NCBI GenBank assembly: GCA_041687695.1
Contig: JAWLBL010000001.1
Location: forward strand, 195,361-259,360
DNA: 64,000 bases
Direction of reading: 5' to 3'
Source: Myxococcota bacterium
GTDB lineage: Bacteria > Myxococcota_A > UBA9042 > PHBI01 > JAWLBL01
Part shown: positions 49,785 to 62,316 of the stretch, one piece after another
Numbering within the stretch: position 1 is the first letter of the stretch
Layout of the letters: each line of letters begins with the position of its first letter
Made by a program: the position numbers and the translations under genes
The notes under the pieces: model-generated
The model's database searches: none
Seen by the model: the letters and a program-made list of their open reading frames with translations, nothing else
Told to the model about the DNA's origin: nothing

Positions 49785-52700
49785 TCAGCGCCGGCCGCCC
49801 TCGCGCACCCGCTGAAGGCACAGCACCCCGTAGCGAGAGCCCGGATCCCGCCAGGCGCAGTCGCGGAACCAGGCCCGCGCCGCCGCCGCGTCGCCCGCGG
49901 CCGCCGCCGCCTCGCCGGCGTGGAACAGCAGCTCGACGTACATCCCGGGGTCGTCGTAGCGCCGCCCGTCTCGCCCCGTCAGCCGCAACCCGCGCTCGAC
50001 GGCGGCCAGCGCCTCGGCGTGGCGCCCCTGCCGGAAGGCCACCCACCCCGCCGTGTCCTCGAAGCTGCCCATCAGCTTCGGCGACCGACGCCGCGCCGTC
50101 GCGATGAGGCCCGCCGCCCGGTCGAGCTGCTGCCCGACCACCGCCAGGTTGTAGGCCAGGTCGTTCGCCGGCCAGGGCGCCCACGGCCGCCGCGCCATGG
50201 CCGCCTCGTACGCCGCGATCCCAGCCTCGGCGTCGCCGCGCGCCATCGCGAGCGCCCACCAGGCCGAGGTCAGCCAGCCGTGCGACGGGTGCATCGACCC
50301 GGTCGTGGCGACCACGTGCGCCTCGACCACCTCGGCCAGGCTCGCGCGCACCTCGGGCGCCACCGCGTCACCCACGTCCATCAGCGCGTGCACGCCGACG
50401 CTGGCCCGCTGCTGCGCATGGGTCAGGCGCGCCGAGGCCCCTTCCGTCGCCAGCGTGCCGGCCAGCAGCCCGCGGGGTGGCGCCGGCTCGGCCAGGATCG
50501 CGGCGAAGCGCTCGACGTCGCCCGCCAGCGCCGCCGCCCGCGCCGCCCGCGCCGCCGCCGGCTGTAGGAGGGACTCGATCGGCTGCGCTCGAGAGGCCGC
50601 GTAGTGGGCGCGAGCCCGCGCGACGTCGCCCGCCCGCCAGGCCGCCTGCGCCGCCAGGTGCAGCGCGTCGGGCGGCCGCTCGGCCCCGTCCAGCAGCGGC
50701 GTCACCAGCTGCGACGTCAGCCCCGGCGGCCCCATCCAGGTCTCGACCAGCGCGGCCGCCTCGAGCCGCGCCGTCACCGGGTCCGGCGCTTGCTCGACCC
50801 ACGTCTGTGCCGCCGCCTTCGCGGCCTCGTCGTCCCCGGCCCGCAGCGCCTGCCGCAGCAAGACGCGCTGCCGCCGCGCCGCCAGCGGTCCACGCGCCCC
50901 GCTGGTCCGGGCCAGCCACGGCGTAGCCAGCTCGGGGTACACCCGCTCGTCCAGCCGCTCGGCCAGCTCGATCTCCAGCGCCAGCCCGCCGCCGCCCCAC
51001 TCGGCGATCCCGGCCGCCAGCCGCTCGGCCCGCGCGACGTCCCCCGCCTGCAGCGCCAGCTCCAGGGCGCCGAAGGCCGCGTCCACGTCGCCGCGGTCCA
51101 GCGCGAGCACCTCGTCCGCCAGACTCAGCGCCAACCGCGGGCGGAACATGCCGCCCAGCAGGCCCATCAGCTCGCGCACCAACTGCGCCCGCGGCCGCCC
51201 CGGGTCTGCGAACCGCGCCAGGAGCGCGGCGAGCGGCTCCGGCAGCGTCTCGGCCCCTCGCGGCGCGCCCAACGCCACCGCCTGCACCAACGTCTCCATC
51301 AGGGTGGCGTTCGACGGCTCCAGCGCCAGCCCCCGCTCGGCGGCCTCCGCCGCCCGCTCGAAGGCTCCCACGGCCAGGTGGATGCGGGCCGCGTTCAGCG
51401 CCCCGTCCACCTGATCCGGCTGTGACGAAGCCCGCCGCACCAGCCCCTCGGTCAGCTCGCGCAGCGCCCCCATGGTCCCCCGCCGCGCCCGCGCGGCCGC
51501 GAGCCCGATCAGCGCCGGCTCGACCGCCTCGCGCTCGTTCCCGCGGGCCAGCGCCTCGTCGACGTGCCGCGCGGCCAGCTCCGGCAGCCCCTCGTCGTAC
51601 AGGGCCGTCGCCGCGATGACGTGCGCCCCGGGCCCGAACGCCGTCACCAGCTCGTCCGCCGCCCGCTCGGCCGCCTCGACGTCCCCGCGCCGCGCCTCCA
51701 GCAGGACCCGCACGCCCGCCAGCCCCCGCACCTCGTCGCTCGGCCGGCGCGGCGTCTTCCAGCGCGCGGCCAACCGCGACACCTCGAGCGCCTCGTCGAC
51801 GCGGTCGCGGTCGGCCAGCGCCACGATCAGCGCCCCCAGCTGCGCCGGCCGCAGGTGCGACAGCCGCTCGCCCTGCTCGCCCACCAGCGCCATGGCCTCG
51901 GCCACCTGCCCCTGCAGCACCAGCAGCCTCGCCTCGGCCCCCAGGTAGGCCGGGATGGGCCCAACGCGCCGGCGCACGTCGTGCAGCACGTCGAGCAGCA
52001 GCGGCGCCCGGCCGGCGTCGACCATCCTCCCCAGCACGCGGTCGATGGCCTCATCTGCGCTGGTCGAGGCTCCGGGCCCACGGCCGCCCACCCGCGAGGC
52101 GTGATCGTCCGCCCGCTGCGCCAGGTAGCGCGCCAGCTCGCGGCGTCCCTCGGCTTCGCGCCCCACCTCCAGCAGCAGCAGGGCCATCTGCAGCCGTCGC
52201 TCGAGGTCCGGCTTGACCTCGAGCGCGCGCTCGACCCACGGCAGCGCCCGCTCGGGCCGCCCCGCGTCCAGCCACACCGACGCGACCTGGACGAAGGCCG
52301 CCCCCGCGTCGCGCGCCGCCAGCAGATAGCGCCGCACGTGCTCGTCGAGCGCCTCGAGCCGGCCGGCCGGGACCAGCAGCGCCGCCGCCCCGCGCAGCAC
52401 GGCGTCCACGGCGTCCGGGCCGACGTGCTCGTAGGCGCGCTCGTAGTGGTGCAGGGCGTCGGCCACGTAGCCGGCCTCGGCCCAGGCCTGCGCCACCTCG
52501 AGGTGGCTGCGCTCGTGGGTCGCCAGCAGGCGCCCGAACGCCAGCCGCGCCTCGTCGAGGTCGCCCCGCCCGGCGTGCAACGCCCCGATGGCCAGCCAGT
52601 GGTCGACGCGGCCGCCGGCGTTGGCCGCGCGCGTCAGCAGATCCAGCGCCATCTCGGGCTGCCGCGCCACCCGCAGGTGCTTGGCCGTCCGCTCGGCGAC

Positions 52701-55700
52701 CTCGGACGGGCTCGGCGAGCGGACCAGCGCGGCCACGAAGTCCTCTCGCGCCCCCTCGCGGTCCCCGCGCATGAGGCGGACCCGTCCCCGCGCCTCGTAC
52801 AGCTCGGGGCCCGGCGCGAACCCGCCCGCGATCCGCGCGACCCAGGGCGCCCCGTCGATCAGCTCCGCCAGCAGCTGCTCGGCCTCGGCCGGCAAGCCGT
52901 GCGACAAGAGCAGCTGCGCCGTCGCCAGCCCCTCGTCCCGCTGCAGGCCGCGCAGCGCGAGGGTCGCCCGCAGGTACCGCAGCGCCTCGGCCGGCGCGCG
53001 CCGCAGCAGCGCGTTCTCGGCCGCCGTGCTGGCGAGCAGGCTGCTGTCGCCCATGCGCCCCGACGTCCGCGTCGGCGGCTCGCCCGCGTCGACCCACTCG
53101 GGCAGCCGCGCCCGGATGAGGTCGCGCGCCTCGGTCAGCATCCCCGCCAGGTGCAGCTGCCGCGCCGCCGTGTCGGTCGCCCGGTCCTTGCTCTGCGCCC
53201 GCGACACGAACACCCGCGCCGCTCGCATCAGCCCCTCGCGATCCCCGGTCTTGCGCCGGATCGCCGACAGGGCGTTGAAGTACTTCGAGTTGTAGGCCGG
53301 CCGGTCCAGCGCGATCGCCGACTCCCAGGCCTTGGCCGCGTCCGCCCATGCGCCCTGGTCGTGGTACAGCGCCGCCACCGCGTCGAGGTCGCGGATGCGC
53401 ACGCTGCCGTTGCGCCCGCCGTGTCCCAGCCAGGCGTCCAGCACCTCCCGCGCGCGCGGCAGGTCCCGCGCCTGCAGGTGCGCGCGCCCGAGCAGCAGCA
53501 GGATGGGCCGGTCCTGGGGATGCTGCTCGCGGATGAGCTCGAAGGCCTCGATGGCCAGCTCGGGCCGATGCGCAGCGAGCATCTGCTCGCCGAACGAGCG
53601 CAGGTCGCGCAGGTTGCGCCCGCCGCCCAGGCCGACCTGCGCGATGAACAGCCGGAAGTGGCGGTTGGCCCGCACGCCGTCGCCGCGGCGCGCGAACAGC
53701 TCGCCCAGCGTGCGGTGCGTCGCCGGCTGCGTCACGCGGTCCGGGTCGACCATCGCGAAGAAGGCCAGCGCCTCGTCCTCGTAGCCGCGGCTCAGGAACG
53801 CCTCTCCGAAGCGCTCGGCCGCGCTGGCGCCGTTGATGCGGACCACGCGCTCGAAGGCCTCGCGCGCCTTGGCGCGGTGGCCCAGCTGCAAGTACAGCCG
53901 CCCCAGCTCCTCGGCGATCGCCGCGTCCTCGGGGCGCGCCTCGAGCGAGGCCTCCAGCACCTCGGCGCGCAGATCGGTCAGCCCGGCGATGCCGGCGGTG
54001 CGCGCCGCCAGCAGCTCGAGCGCGGCCGGCCGCTCGGCCTCGGGGGTCAGCTCCAGCCAGGCGCGCATGTGGTCGCCCGCGGCCGGGAAGTTCGAGATGG
54101 GCCGGCGCATCGACAGCTCGAACAGCTCGCGGTGCGCCTGCCGCCGGATGGCCGGGTCGGACGCGCTCGCCGCCTGCCCCAGGTGCATCAGGGCGAGCCG
54201 TCCCTCGGGATCCTTGCCCTCTCGCGTCAGCTCGGCGTAGCGCCGGCCCACGTGCAGCGCCGCCAGCGCCGGCTCGGGCGACCGGTCCAGGAGCTGCTGC
54301 AGCGCCGACGCCTCGCGCCGCGCGTCCCCGGCCGCCCGGTGCAGATCGGCCATCAGCAGCGCCGGCTCGGGCCGCGTCGGCGCCAGCGCCACCGCCCGCT
54401 CGGCCAGCTTGCGCGCGCGGCCCAGCTCGGAGAAGCGCCACCAGGTCCGCCCCGCCAGCACCAGCGCCTCGGGCGCGTCGCCGGCCCCCTGCTCGAAGCG
54501 CGCCATCGCCGCGTCGCGCCCGCCCGCGTCACCCGCCCGGTGCCGCGCCATCGCCAGATCCACCAGCACCTGCGGCGGCGCCCCGGGCGCCTCGGCCAGC
54601 CGCCCCAGGACCTCGACCGCCCGCGACGCCATCGGGTCCTTCAGCAGCCGGTGCGTCAGCTCGGCCACCGCCTCGGGGTCGTCCGCCACCAGCGGCACGT
54701 GGCGCAGCGCCAGCTCGCCGAGCGGCTGGTACTTCCCCTGCTGCTCCAGATAGTCCGCGTAGTCCCGCGCCACCGCCCGATCGCCCGGCGCCGCGGCCAC
54801 CGCCGCCTCGAACGCCTCGATCGCCTCGGCCTGCCGCCCGCTGCGCCGCAGCAGCTCGGCCCCCTCACGCAACGTCCCCGCGCGCGCGCTGGCCCCGCCG
54901 GCCCGCTCGGCCAGGTCCGCCGCCGCGAACACCGCCTTCACGGCCACCTCGGGCGCGTCCACCCGCAGCGCCAGCCGCGCCACCCGCAGCGCCTCGGCCG
55001 CGCTCGCCGCCCTCGCCGGCTCGGCCTTCCCCAGCGCCCACCGCGCCTCGTCGTGCAGCGGCCGCGCCGCGAACAGCTCGCCCACCCGCGTCCACCGGCT
55101 CGTCGCCTCGCGCCCGCTCGCCCACCGCTCGAAGGCGCGCTTGGCCTCGTCCAGCCCGCCCCCCGCCTCGCCCGCCTCGCCGCCCAGGACCCGCGTGCAG
55201 GCCTCGACGAAGGCCATCGCGTCCGGGTCGGCCCCCGCCGCGCGCGCCCTGGCCAGCGCCCGGCCCGCCTCGGCGCCCTGCCCCTGCTGCACCCACGCCT
55301 CGGCCGCCGCCAGGTACAGCCCGGCCCGCACGGCCCGCAGCGCCGCCGCCCGCTCGGGCAGCCGCGCCTCCAGCGTCCCCAGCAGCTCGACCACGCCCGC
55401 CGCGCGCCCCGCCTCGGCCCGCGTCCGCGCCAGCGCCACCAGCGCGTCGCCCCACTCCTTGCCCACCGGCCCCGCCAGCCCCGGCTCGACCTCGACCGCC
55501 CGCTCGTACAGCGCCGCCGCCCGCCCGGCGTCGCCGGTCGCCGCCGCCACCCGCGCCGAGACCACCAGCGCCCCGGCGTGCGCCCCGTCCATGGCCAGCG
55601 CCCGCCGCGCGAAGGCCCCGGCCGCGACCGGCTGCCCCTGCCGCAGCTTGACCGCCGACAGCCGCGCGTAGGTCGACGCCGACCCGCCCCGCGCCTGCAG

Positions 55701-55859
55701 ATCGCGCTCGAGCCGCGCCTCCTCGCCCGCCAGATCCCCGTCCGGGACCTGCACGACGGCCCACCCCGGCGACGCCCCGCCGCAGCCCAGCGGGGCCACA
55801 CCCAGGGTCGCCGTCGCGAGGGACAGCGCCAGCCCGATCCAACGTCCCCGAAGCCTCAT
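49785..55859 (-). CDS. Very large TPR-repeat lipoprotein (~2024 aa)
   Basis: Signal peptide with lipobox APLGC and continuous TPR-like helices. C-terminal NDLAY.LA...DTAGWVAFRQG. Confidence 0.85.
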   Translation of the reverse strand: MRLRGRWIGLALSLATATLGVAPLGCGGASPGWAVVQVPDGDLAGEEARLERDLQARGGSASTYARLSAVKLRQGQPVAAGAFARRALAMDGAHAGALVVSARVAAATGDAGRAAALYERAVEVEPGLAGPVGKEWGDALVALARTRAEAGRAAGVVELLGTLEARLPERAAALRAVRAGLYLAAAEAWVQQGQGAEAGRALARARAAGADPDAMAFVEACTRVLGGEAGEAGGGLDEAKRAFERWASGREATSRWTRVGELFAARPLHDEARWALGKAEPARAASAAEALRVARLALRVDAPEVAVKAVFAAADLAERAGGASARAGTLREGAELLRRSGRQAEAIEAFEAAVAAAPGDRAVARDYADYLEQQGKYQPLGELALRHVPLVADDPEAVAELTHRLLKDPMASRAVEVLGRLAEAPGAPPQVLVDLAMARHRAGDAGGRDAAMARFEQGAGDAPEALVLAGRTWWRFSELGRARKLAERAVALAPTRPEPALLMADLHRAAGDARREASALQQLLDRSPEPALAALHVGRRYAELTREGKDPEGRLALMHLGQAASASDPAIRRQAHRELFELSMRRPISNFPAAGDHMRAWLELTPEAERPAALELLAARTAGIAGLTDLRAEVLEASLEARPEDAAIAEELGRLYLQLGHRAKAREAFERVVRINGASAAERFGEAFLSRGYEDEALAFFAMVDPDRVTQPATHRTLGELFARRGDGVRANRHFRLFIAQVGLGGGRNLRDLRSFGEQMLAAHRPELAIEAFELIREQHPQDRPILLLLGRAHLQARDLPRAREVLDAWLGHGGRNGSVRIRDLDAVAALYHDQGAWADAAKAWESAIALDRPAYNSKYFNALSAIRRKTGDREGLMRAARVFVSRAQSKDRATDTAARQLHLAGMLTEARDLIRARLPEWVDAGEPPTRTSGRMGDSSLLASTAAENALLRRAPAEALRYLRATLALRGLQRDEGLATAQLLLSHGLPAEAEQLLAELIDGAPWVARIAGGFAPGPELYEARGRVRLMRGDREGAREDFVAALVRSPSPSEVAERTAKHLRVARQPEMALDLLTRAANAGGRVDHWLAIGALHAGRGDLDEARLAFGRLLATHERSHLEVAQAWAEAGYVADALHHYERAYEHVGPDAVDAVLRGAAALLVPAGRLEALDEHVRRYLLAARDAGAAFVQVASVWLDAGRPERALPWVERALEVKPDLERRLQMALLLLEVGREAEGRRELARYLAQRADDHASRVGGRGPGASTSADEAIDRVLGRMVDAGRAPLLLDVLHDVRRRVGPIPAYLGAEARLLVLQGQVAEAMALVGEQGERLSHLRPAQLGALIVALADRDRVDEALEVSRLAARWKTPRRPSDEVRGLAGVRVLLEARRGDVEAAERAADELVTAFGPGAHVIAATALYDEGLPELAARHVDEALARGNEREAVEPALIGLAAARARRGTMGALRELTEGLVRRASSQPDQVDGALNAARIHLAVGAFERAAEAAERGLALEPSNATLMETLVQAVALGAPRGAETLPEPLAALLARFADPGRPRAQLVRELMGLLGGMFRPRLALSLADEVLALDRGDVDAAFGALELALQAGDVARAERLAAGIAEWGGGGLALEIELAERLDERVYPELATPWLARTSGARGPLAARRQRVLLRQALRAGDDEAAKAAAQTWVEQAPDPVTARLEAAALVETWMGPPGLTSQLVTPLLDGAERPPDALHLAAQAAWRAGDVARARAHYAASRAQPIESLLQPAAARAARAAALAGDVERFAAILAEPAPPRGLLAGTLATEGASARLTHAQQRASVGVHALMDVGDAVAPEVRASLAEVVEAHVVATTGSMHPSHGWLTSAWWALAMARGDAEAGIAAYEAAMARRPWAPWPANDLAYNLAVVGQQLDRAAGLIATARRRSPKLMGSFEDTAGWVAFRQGRHAEALAAVERGLRLTGRDGRRYDDPGMYVELLFHAGEAAAAAGDAAAARAWFRDCAWRDPGSRYGVLCLQRVREGGRR

Positions 55860-56058
55860 CGCGCGGACCTTATCACAGCCCCCGCGCCCGCGAGAGCCGG
55901 CGGCCGGCCGCGCCAGGCCCGATCGGTCTGGCTTCAGGGTCGTCGGCGCGTTCCGACGTGTCCCAGGGTGCTCGACGGCCCCGATCCCGGCTCGGGCAGG
56001 TGTCGAGCGTGGGACGGCCGTCGCTCTCGACGGCACCAAGGCCGAGGCCCCGAAGCTC

Positions 56059-56421
56059 TCACCGCTTCGGATGCATCAGCCGCCACGTCATCGCCTGCAC
56101 GCGATCCAGCAGCGCCAGCGCTTCGTCCCCGCGCGCCTTCGGCACCGCGCCCATCGCGACGAGCAGACGCATCGCGGCCGACGCCTCGCGGCACGAACCG
56201 TAGGCGACCCGGTAGTGCTGAACCCGGTCACGCCCCGCCCGGCCAGCGCCCTCGGCCAAGTTCAGAGGAGCACTCGCGACCGCCCGCACCGCCTGCTCCG
56301 CGACGCACCGCAGTTGCGGACTCACGCCGCACGTCAAGGTCACGACTGCCGCCGCCGCCTCGACCGCCAGCGATTCAGCCTGGAGGGAGCTGCCGTTCCG
56401 AACCACACCTTCGTTCTGCAT
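56059..56421 (-). CDS. Four-helix-bundle protein (TIGR02436/Avd-like), copy 2
   Basis: Differs from copy 1 at 8 of 120 aa, with the same motifs and SD. Confidence 0.85.
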   Translation of the reverse strand: MQNEGVVRNGSSLQAESLAVEAAAAVVTLTCGVSPQLRCVAEQAVRAVASAPLNLAEGAGRAGRDRVQHYRVAYGSCREASAAMRLLVAMGAVPKARGDEALALLDRVQAMTWRLMHPKR

Positions 56422-56585
56422 GGGAGCCATCCTTTCGTGTCAGTGGATGCGGCCCACCCCGCAGTCGACGCCGGTGGCGTCAAGGGTCGCCGAAGGCGAC
56501 CGGCGCGCAGCGCCGGCTTGCCCTTTACGCCACCGGGGTCGACTGCGACCCTCCGCGCATCCTTCTGACGCGATGGATGGCTCCC
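56422..56585 (+). promoter_or_regulatory. Branched hairpin, candidate Frpo-like ssDNA promoter (copy 2)
   Basis: Same fold. The stem 56461-56480/56527-56546 carries compensatory substitutions relative to copy 1. TTTACG (56524)-N17-GACCCT (56547) is conserved. Confidence 0.6.
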
Positions 56586-56693
56586 TCAGCGACGCGGCCT
56601 GTGCCCAGCCCACATCAGCGCCCGACCCATCGCGCAGCGAGCTGCGCGATCCGCAAGCACGAGCAAGCTCGTGCAGTCCAGACGGAGCCTCGC

Positions 56694-56946
56694 GATGACG
56701 GCGATGGCCAAGGCCAAGGCCACGGCCACCGCCTACCGCGACGGCCACGGCCACGGTAAGCGGCCACGGTTCACGGCCCCGGCGACGGCCACGGCCACGG
56801 TCCACGGCCACGGCCCACGGCCACGGACTACGGCCACGGCCACGGCCCACGGCCACGGTCCACGGCCACGGCCCACCGCGCACGGCCCACCGCCCCACCG
56901 CCCACGGCCACGGCCCACGGTCCACGGCCACGGCCCACGGTCCACG
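56694..56946. repeat. Degenerate (CCACGG)n 6/7-bp tandem repeat
   Basis: Directly visible. The unit order differs from copy 1 after the first ~30 nt. Confidence 0.95.
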
Positions 56947-56994
56947 ACTCCCGGTCCCCTTGCGGCCCCGCCCCGGCCTCCTATACTCGCGCCC

Positions 56995-58913
<1,919 letters not shown>

Positions 58914-58920
<7 letters not shown>

Positions 58921-59804
58921 CCCCGCTCCTCGGTCGGCAGGGCGCTGGGATGCGGTGGGGGCGCCTGGGCCTTGGCCGCGCCGCTCAGCCGGGCGCCGGC
59001 CACGCCGATGCAGGCGATCCCCGCCACGGCCAGCAGCGACAGGCGCTCGTCCCAGCCGACCAGCCCGATGACGTAGGACAGCGCCACGGTGACGTACTGG
59101 TAGGGGCCGACGACCGAGGCGCGCTCGACCCGGTAGGCCTGGGTCAACGCCAGCTGCCCGGCGGCGGCGGTCAGGCCGATGGCGGTCAGCAGCCCGAAGG
59201 CCGCCCAGGTCAGCGCCTCCAGGCGCGTCAGGGCGGCCGGCGCGGTCAGCAGCACGCTGAAGAGCGAGAACCACAGGACGATGCGGGTCGGCGGGTCCGT
59301 CTCGCGCAGGCGCCGCACCGCCAGATAGGCCAGCGCCGACAGCAGCCCGGCCCCGAGGGCCAGCAGGCTCCCCAGGTCCAGCGGCGCGACCCCGGGCTGC
59401 ACGATGAGCAGCACCCCCGCGAAGGCCAGCGCGACCATCGGCATGGCCCCGGCGGCGCGCTCCTCGCCCAGCACCGGGCCCGACAGCAGCACCAGGAAGA
59501 TGGGCGAGGTGTACAGCAGCGCCGTCGCCGTCCCCAGCGGCACCAGGTCGATGGCGCTGAAGTAGGCCATGATGGCCACCAGCCCCACCACGCTGCGCGC
59601 GAACAGCAGCCACGGGTGGCCGGGGCGCAGCGAGGTGCCGTTGCGGCGCGCCAGCAGCCAGGCGACCAGCGCGCTGTAGGCGCCGCGCCAGAAGACGATC
59701 TCGAACAGCCCGACGTGCCCGTGCGCGGCCTTGGTCAGCGCGCCCATGCCCGCGAAGGCCGTCGAGGCGAACAGTATCCAGAAGACCCCGGCGAGGCGCG
59801 GCAT
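58914..59804 (-). CDS. DMT/EamA-family transporter
   Basis: About 10 TM helices. Motifs EIVFWR, PLGTAT.LLYTSP.F, LGE and ASVVGPYQY. Confidence 0.9.
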
Positions 59805-59863
59805 GGCGCGCACCATGCGCCCCCGGGCCCGCTCGGGTCAACGATCCTGCGACCGCGCCGCCC

Positions 59864-60985
59864 TCAGAAGGTCTCGCTCGGCGCCCCGGCGTCGTCGATG
59901 GCCAGCCCGACGCCCTGCCCCTTGGTCGAGCGGTCCTCGGCGAAGTACAGCAGGTAGCGCCCGCCGCTCAGGACGTTGCTGGGCGCCCGCTCGTCGACGC
60001 TGTCGTCCAGCACCGGGTTGAAGCGGTAGCGCTCGAAGACCAGCCCATCGAAGCTGGCGGCGAAGCCCAGGTCGGCCTTGCCCTTGGCGCTGGCGCGGCC
60101 CGCGTAGAACAGCCGCCACACCCGCCGCCCGGTCGCCGTCGTCGCCAGGCGCGCCTCGGGCGTCTCCACGCTGAAGGCGTCCCAGCAGGTCTCGGGCTCG
60201 CCCTGCGGGTCCAGGCAGTCGACCCCGCCCTCGAGCACCGCCCCGTCGCGCGTGAAGGTCACGCCGTCCGGCGACGACGCCCGCCGCAGGTGCGCCGGCC
60301 CCCCCGCCTCGCGCCGCGCCTCGTAGAACAGCACCAGCCCCTCGGGCCCGACCACCAGGCTCGGCGACCCGACGCCGCCCGCCTCGTCCTCGCCCTCGGC
60401 CGTCAGCACCGGCCCCGCGCCGGGCGTGAACGCCACCCCGTCCTCGCTGGTCGCCAGACCGATCCCGGCCCCGTCCCCCACCGCGAACGCCATCAGCCAT
60501 CGCTCGCCGTCGCGCACCACCGCCGGCGCCCCGATCGCCCCGCCGAACCACTCGGGCCCGCCCTCGGCCGCCAGCACCGTCTCCAGCGGCCCGAAGCGCA
60601 CCCCGTCCTCGGCCTCGGCCCGCGCGATCACCGTCGCGCCGCCCTTCACCGTCCGCACCCCGGCGAACAGCACCACCCGCCCCCCGTCGACCACCGCCGA
60701 CGGCTCGGCGATGCGCTGGCCCTTGGGGTCCTCGGGCTGCAGCACGAACGGCGACCCCGGCGCGGGCGCCACGTCGGCCCCGACGTCGCTCGCCCCCGCG
60801 TCGGCCCCGCCGACCGTGACCTTCTCGTAGGGCACGATGCCCCGGTTGGGCAGCTCGTTCGCGCCGCCGCCGTCACCGCCCAGCGTCCCGCAGCCCGCGC
60901 CCGCCGCCGCCAGCCAGCCGATCGCCAGCCTCCCCATCGCCGCCCCTCGCAGTGCTACCCAGGCGCCTCGCATCCGGCCCCTCAA
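59864..60985 (-). CDS. Lipoprotein with five-bladed beta-propeller (glycoside hydrolase-like) repeats
   Basis: Lipobox GAGC. Repeats EPSAV, APAVV, SPSLV and ATSEDG/SSPDG/ASFDG. The start is uncertain (60985 or 60937). Confidence 0.7.
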   Translation of the reverse strand: MRGRMRGAWVALRGAAMGRLAIGWLAAAGAGCGTLGGDGGGANELPNRGIVPYEKVTVGGADAGASDVGADVAPAPGSPFVLQPEDPKGQRIAEPSAVVDGGRVVLFAGVRTVKGGATVIARAEAEDGVRFGPLETVLAAEGGPEWFGGAIGAPAVVRDGERWLMAFAVGDGAGIGLATSEDGVAFTPGAGPVLTAEGEDEAGGVGSPSLVVGPEGLVLFYEARREAGGPAHLRRASSPDGVTFTRDGAVLEGGVDCLDPQGEPETCWDAFSVETPEARLATTATGRRVWRLFYAGRASAKGKADLGFAASFDGLVFERYRFNPVLDDSVDERAPSNVLSGGRYLLYFAEDRSTKGQGVGLAIDDAGAPSETF

Positions 60986-62316
60986 AAGCGCAGGCGCGTC
61001 GTCGCCGACGCCCCGACCATGCGCCCGCCCGCCCGGTAGTCACCCACCGGGTCGGCCGGGTCGTCCTTGTAATAGGCCCGCTCGACCAGCCAGTGGTGCT
61101 GCACGGCGAGATCGATCTCCAGCGGCTTGGGCAGCACCGGCGCCATCGGCACGCGCAGGGTCGCGCCCAGGGCCGCCCCGTGCTTGTCGCCGTCGACGTA
61201 GTTGGTCGCCCCGGGCTGATCGGGCGCCGGCGACGGCTCGAACGAGTAGCCGCCGCGCAGCTTCAGGCCGAAGCCGGGCGTGTCGATGGCGCTCCACTCG
61301 CCGGCGGCGCGCAGCACCACGATGTCGTTGAAGCCCGGCGCTTCGGGCGGGTCGATGGGCGGCACCTGGAACGGCAGCTCGCCCAGATCCAGGTCGATGG
61401 CCACCGTGGCGGTCGGCGCGGGGAAGCGGCTCCACTGCTGCCAGGTCACGTCCACGGCGGCGGTCCAGGCGTCGCGCTGGTGGGCGATGCCCAGGGCGAC
61501 CTGCCGCGGAGAGAACAGGTTGGTGTTGCCCGACTGCAAGAGGAACCGACCGTCCTCGAGCAGGACCACCGGGTTGTCCGGGTCGAAGTCGGCCATGATG
61601 TCGCCGTGGACGTCGACGTCGATGTCCAGGCGCAGGTTGAACTCTTCGCGCCAGGCCAGGCCGATGCGCCAGTGGCGCCCAGGCGTGAACAGCGCCCCGA
61701 AGGTCGGGTAGCGGACCGCCTGGAGATCGACGTCGACCGCGGACAGCAGGGTCGTGCGCTCGGCGTCGGTGATGCTGACCTCGCCGGCGATGTCCAGCTT
61801 GCCCCGGGTGTTGGCCAGGAAGGTCAGGCCGGCGCCCAGGTACAGGTCCTTCATCACCTCGACGGCCAGGCTGGTCGAGATGACGATGCGCTGTGGGCGG
61901 TTGTCGTACAGCACGAAGCGCGGCTGCTGCTGGGGCAGCGAGCGGATGCGGCTGACCAGGCGATCCGGCAGGTGCAGGCCCACCGAGGCGGCGACCCGGC
62001 GGCCGAACAGGGTCCCCGGCACGACCAGGCCGCCCTGGAAGCCGCGGCTCTGGTCGACGTCCAGGTCGGCGCCGTTGAGGGTCAGGCGGGGCGCCGTGAA
62101 CGTGTAGCCGAGGTCCAGGCTGAGGCCGTCGATGGCCGCCAGCGCCGCCGGGTTGTAGTAGTTGGCCGAGAAGTCGTCGGCCAGGGCGGTGCCGGCCCCC
62201 GCCAGGCCCATGGCGCGGGCGCCGAAGCCGAAGGCGTCCAGCGGGTTGGCGGCGGCGGGCGGCGGGGCCAGGGCGAGGCCGGCCGAGAGCGCGGCCATGG
62301 CGTACCGGAGCCTCAC
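60982..62316 (-). CDS. OmpP1/FadL-family outer-membrane transporter
   Basis: GFGARAMGLAGA..A.ADDFSANYYNPA motif and terminal F. The GTG overlaps the upstream stop. Confidence 0.88.
   Translation of the reverse strand: MRLRYAMAALSAGLALAPPPAAANPLDAFGFGARAMGLAGAGTALADDFSANYYNPAALAAIDGLSLDLGYTFTAPRLTLNGADLDVDQSRGFQGGLVVPGTLFGRRVAASVGLHLPDRLVSRIRSLPQQQPRFVLYDNRPQRIVISTSLAVEVMKDLYLGAGLTFLANTRGKLDIAGEVSITDAERTTLLSAVDVDLQAVRYPTFGALFTPGRHWRIGLAWREEFNLRLDIDVDVHGDIMADFDPDNPVVLLEDGRFLLQSGNTNLFSPRQVALGIAHQRDAWTAAVDVTWQQWSRFPAPTATVAIDLDLGELPFQVPPIDPPEAPGFNDIVVLRAAGEWSAIDTPGFGLKLRGGYSFEPSPAPDQPGATNYVDGDKHGAALGATLRVPMAPVLPKPLEIDLAVQHHWLVERAYYKDDPADPVGDYRAGGRMVGASATTRLRF

Larger units (their letters stand above)
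56059..56946 (-). mobile_element. Repeated cassette copy 2
   Basis: Same order of modules as 23550-24448 and again between divergent genes. Confidence 0.6.

Noticed and set aside
51564..56759. 1731-aa ORF and similar long ORFs (e.g. 24161-27400, 35621-39097, 56440-59841, 10297-12987)
   Set aside because: These are antisense or off-frame shadows of real genes in very GC-rich DNA. They are Arg/Pro/Gly-rich with no recognisable motifs.
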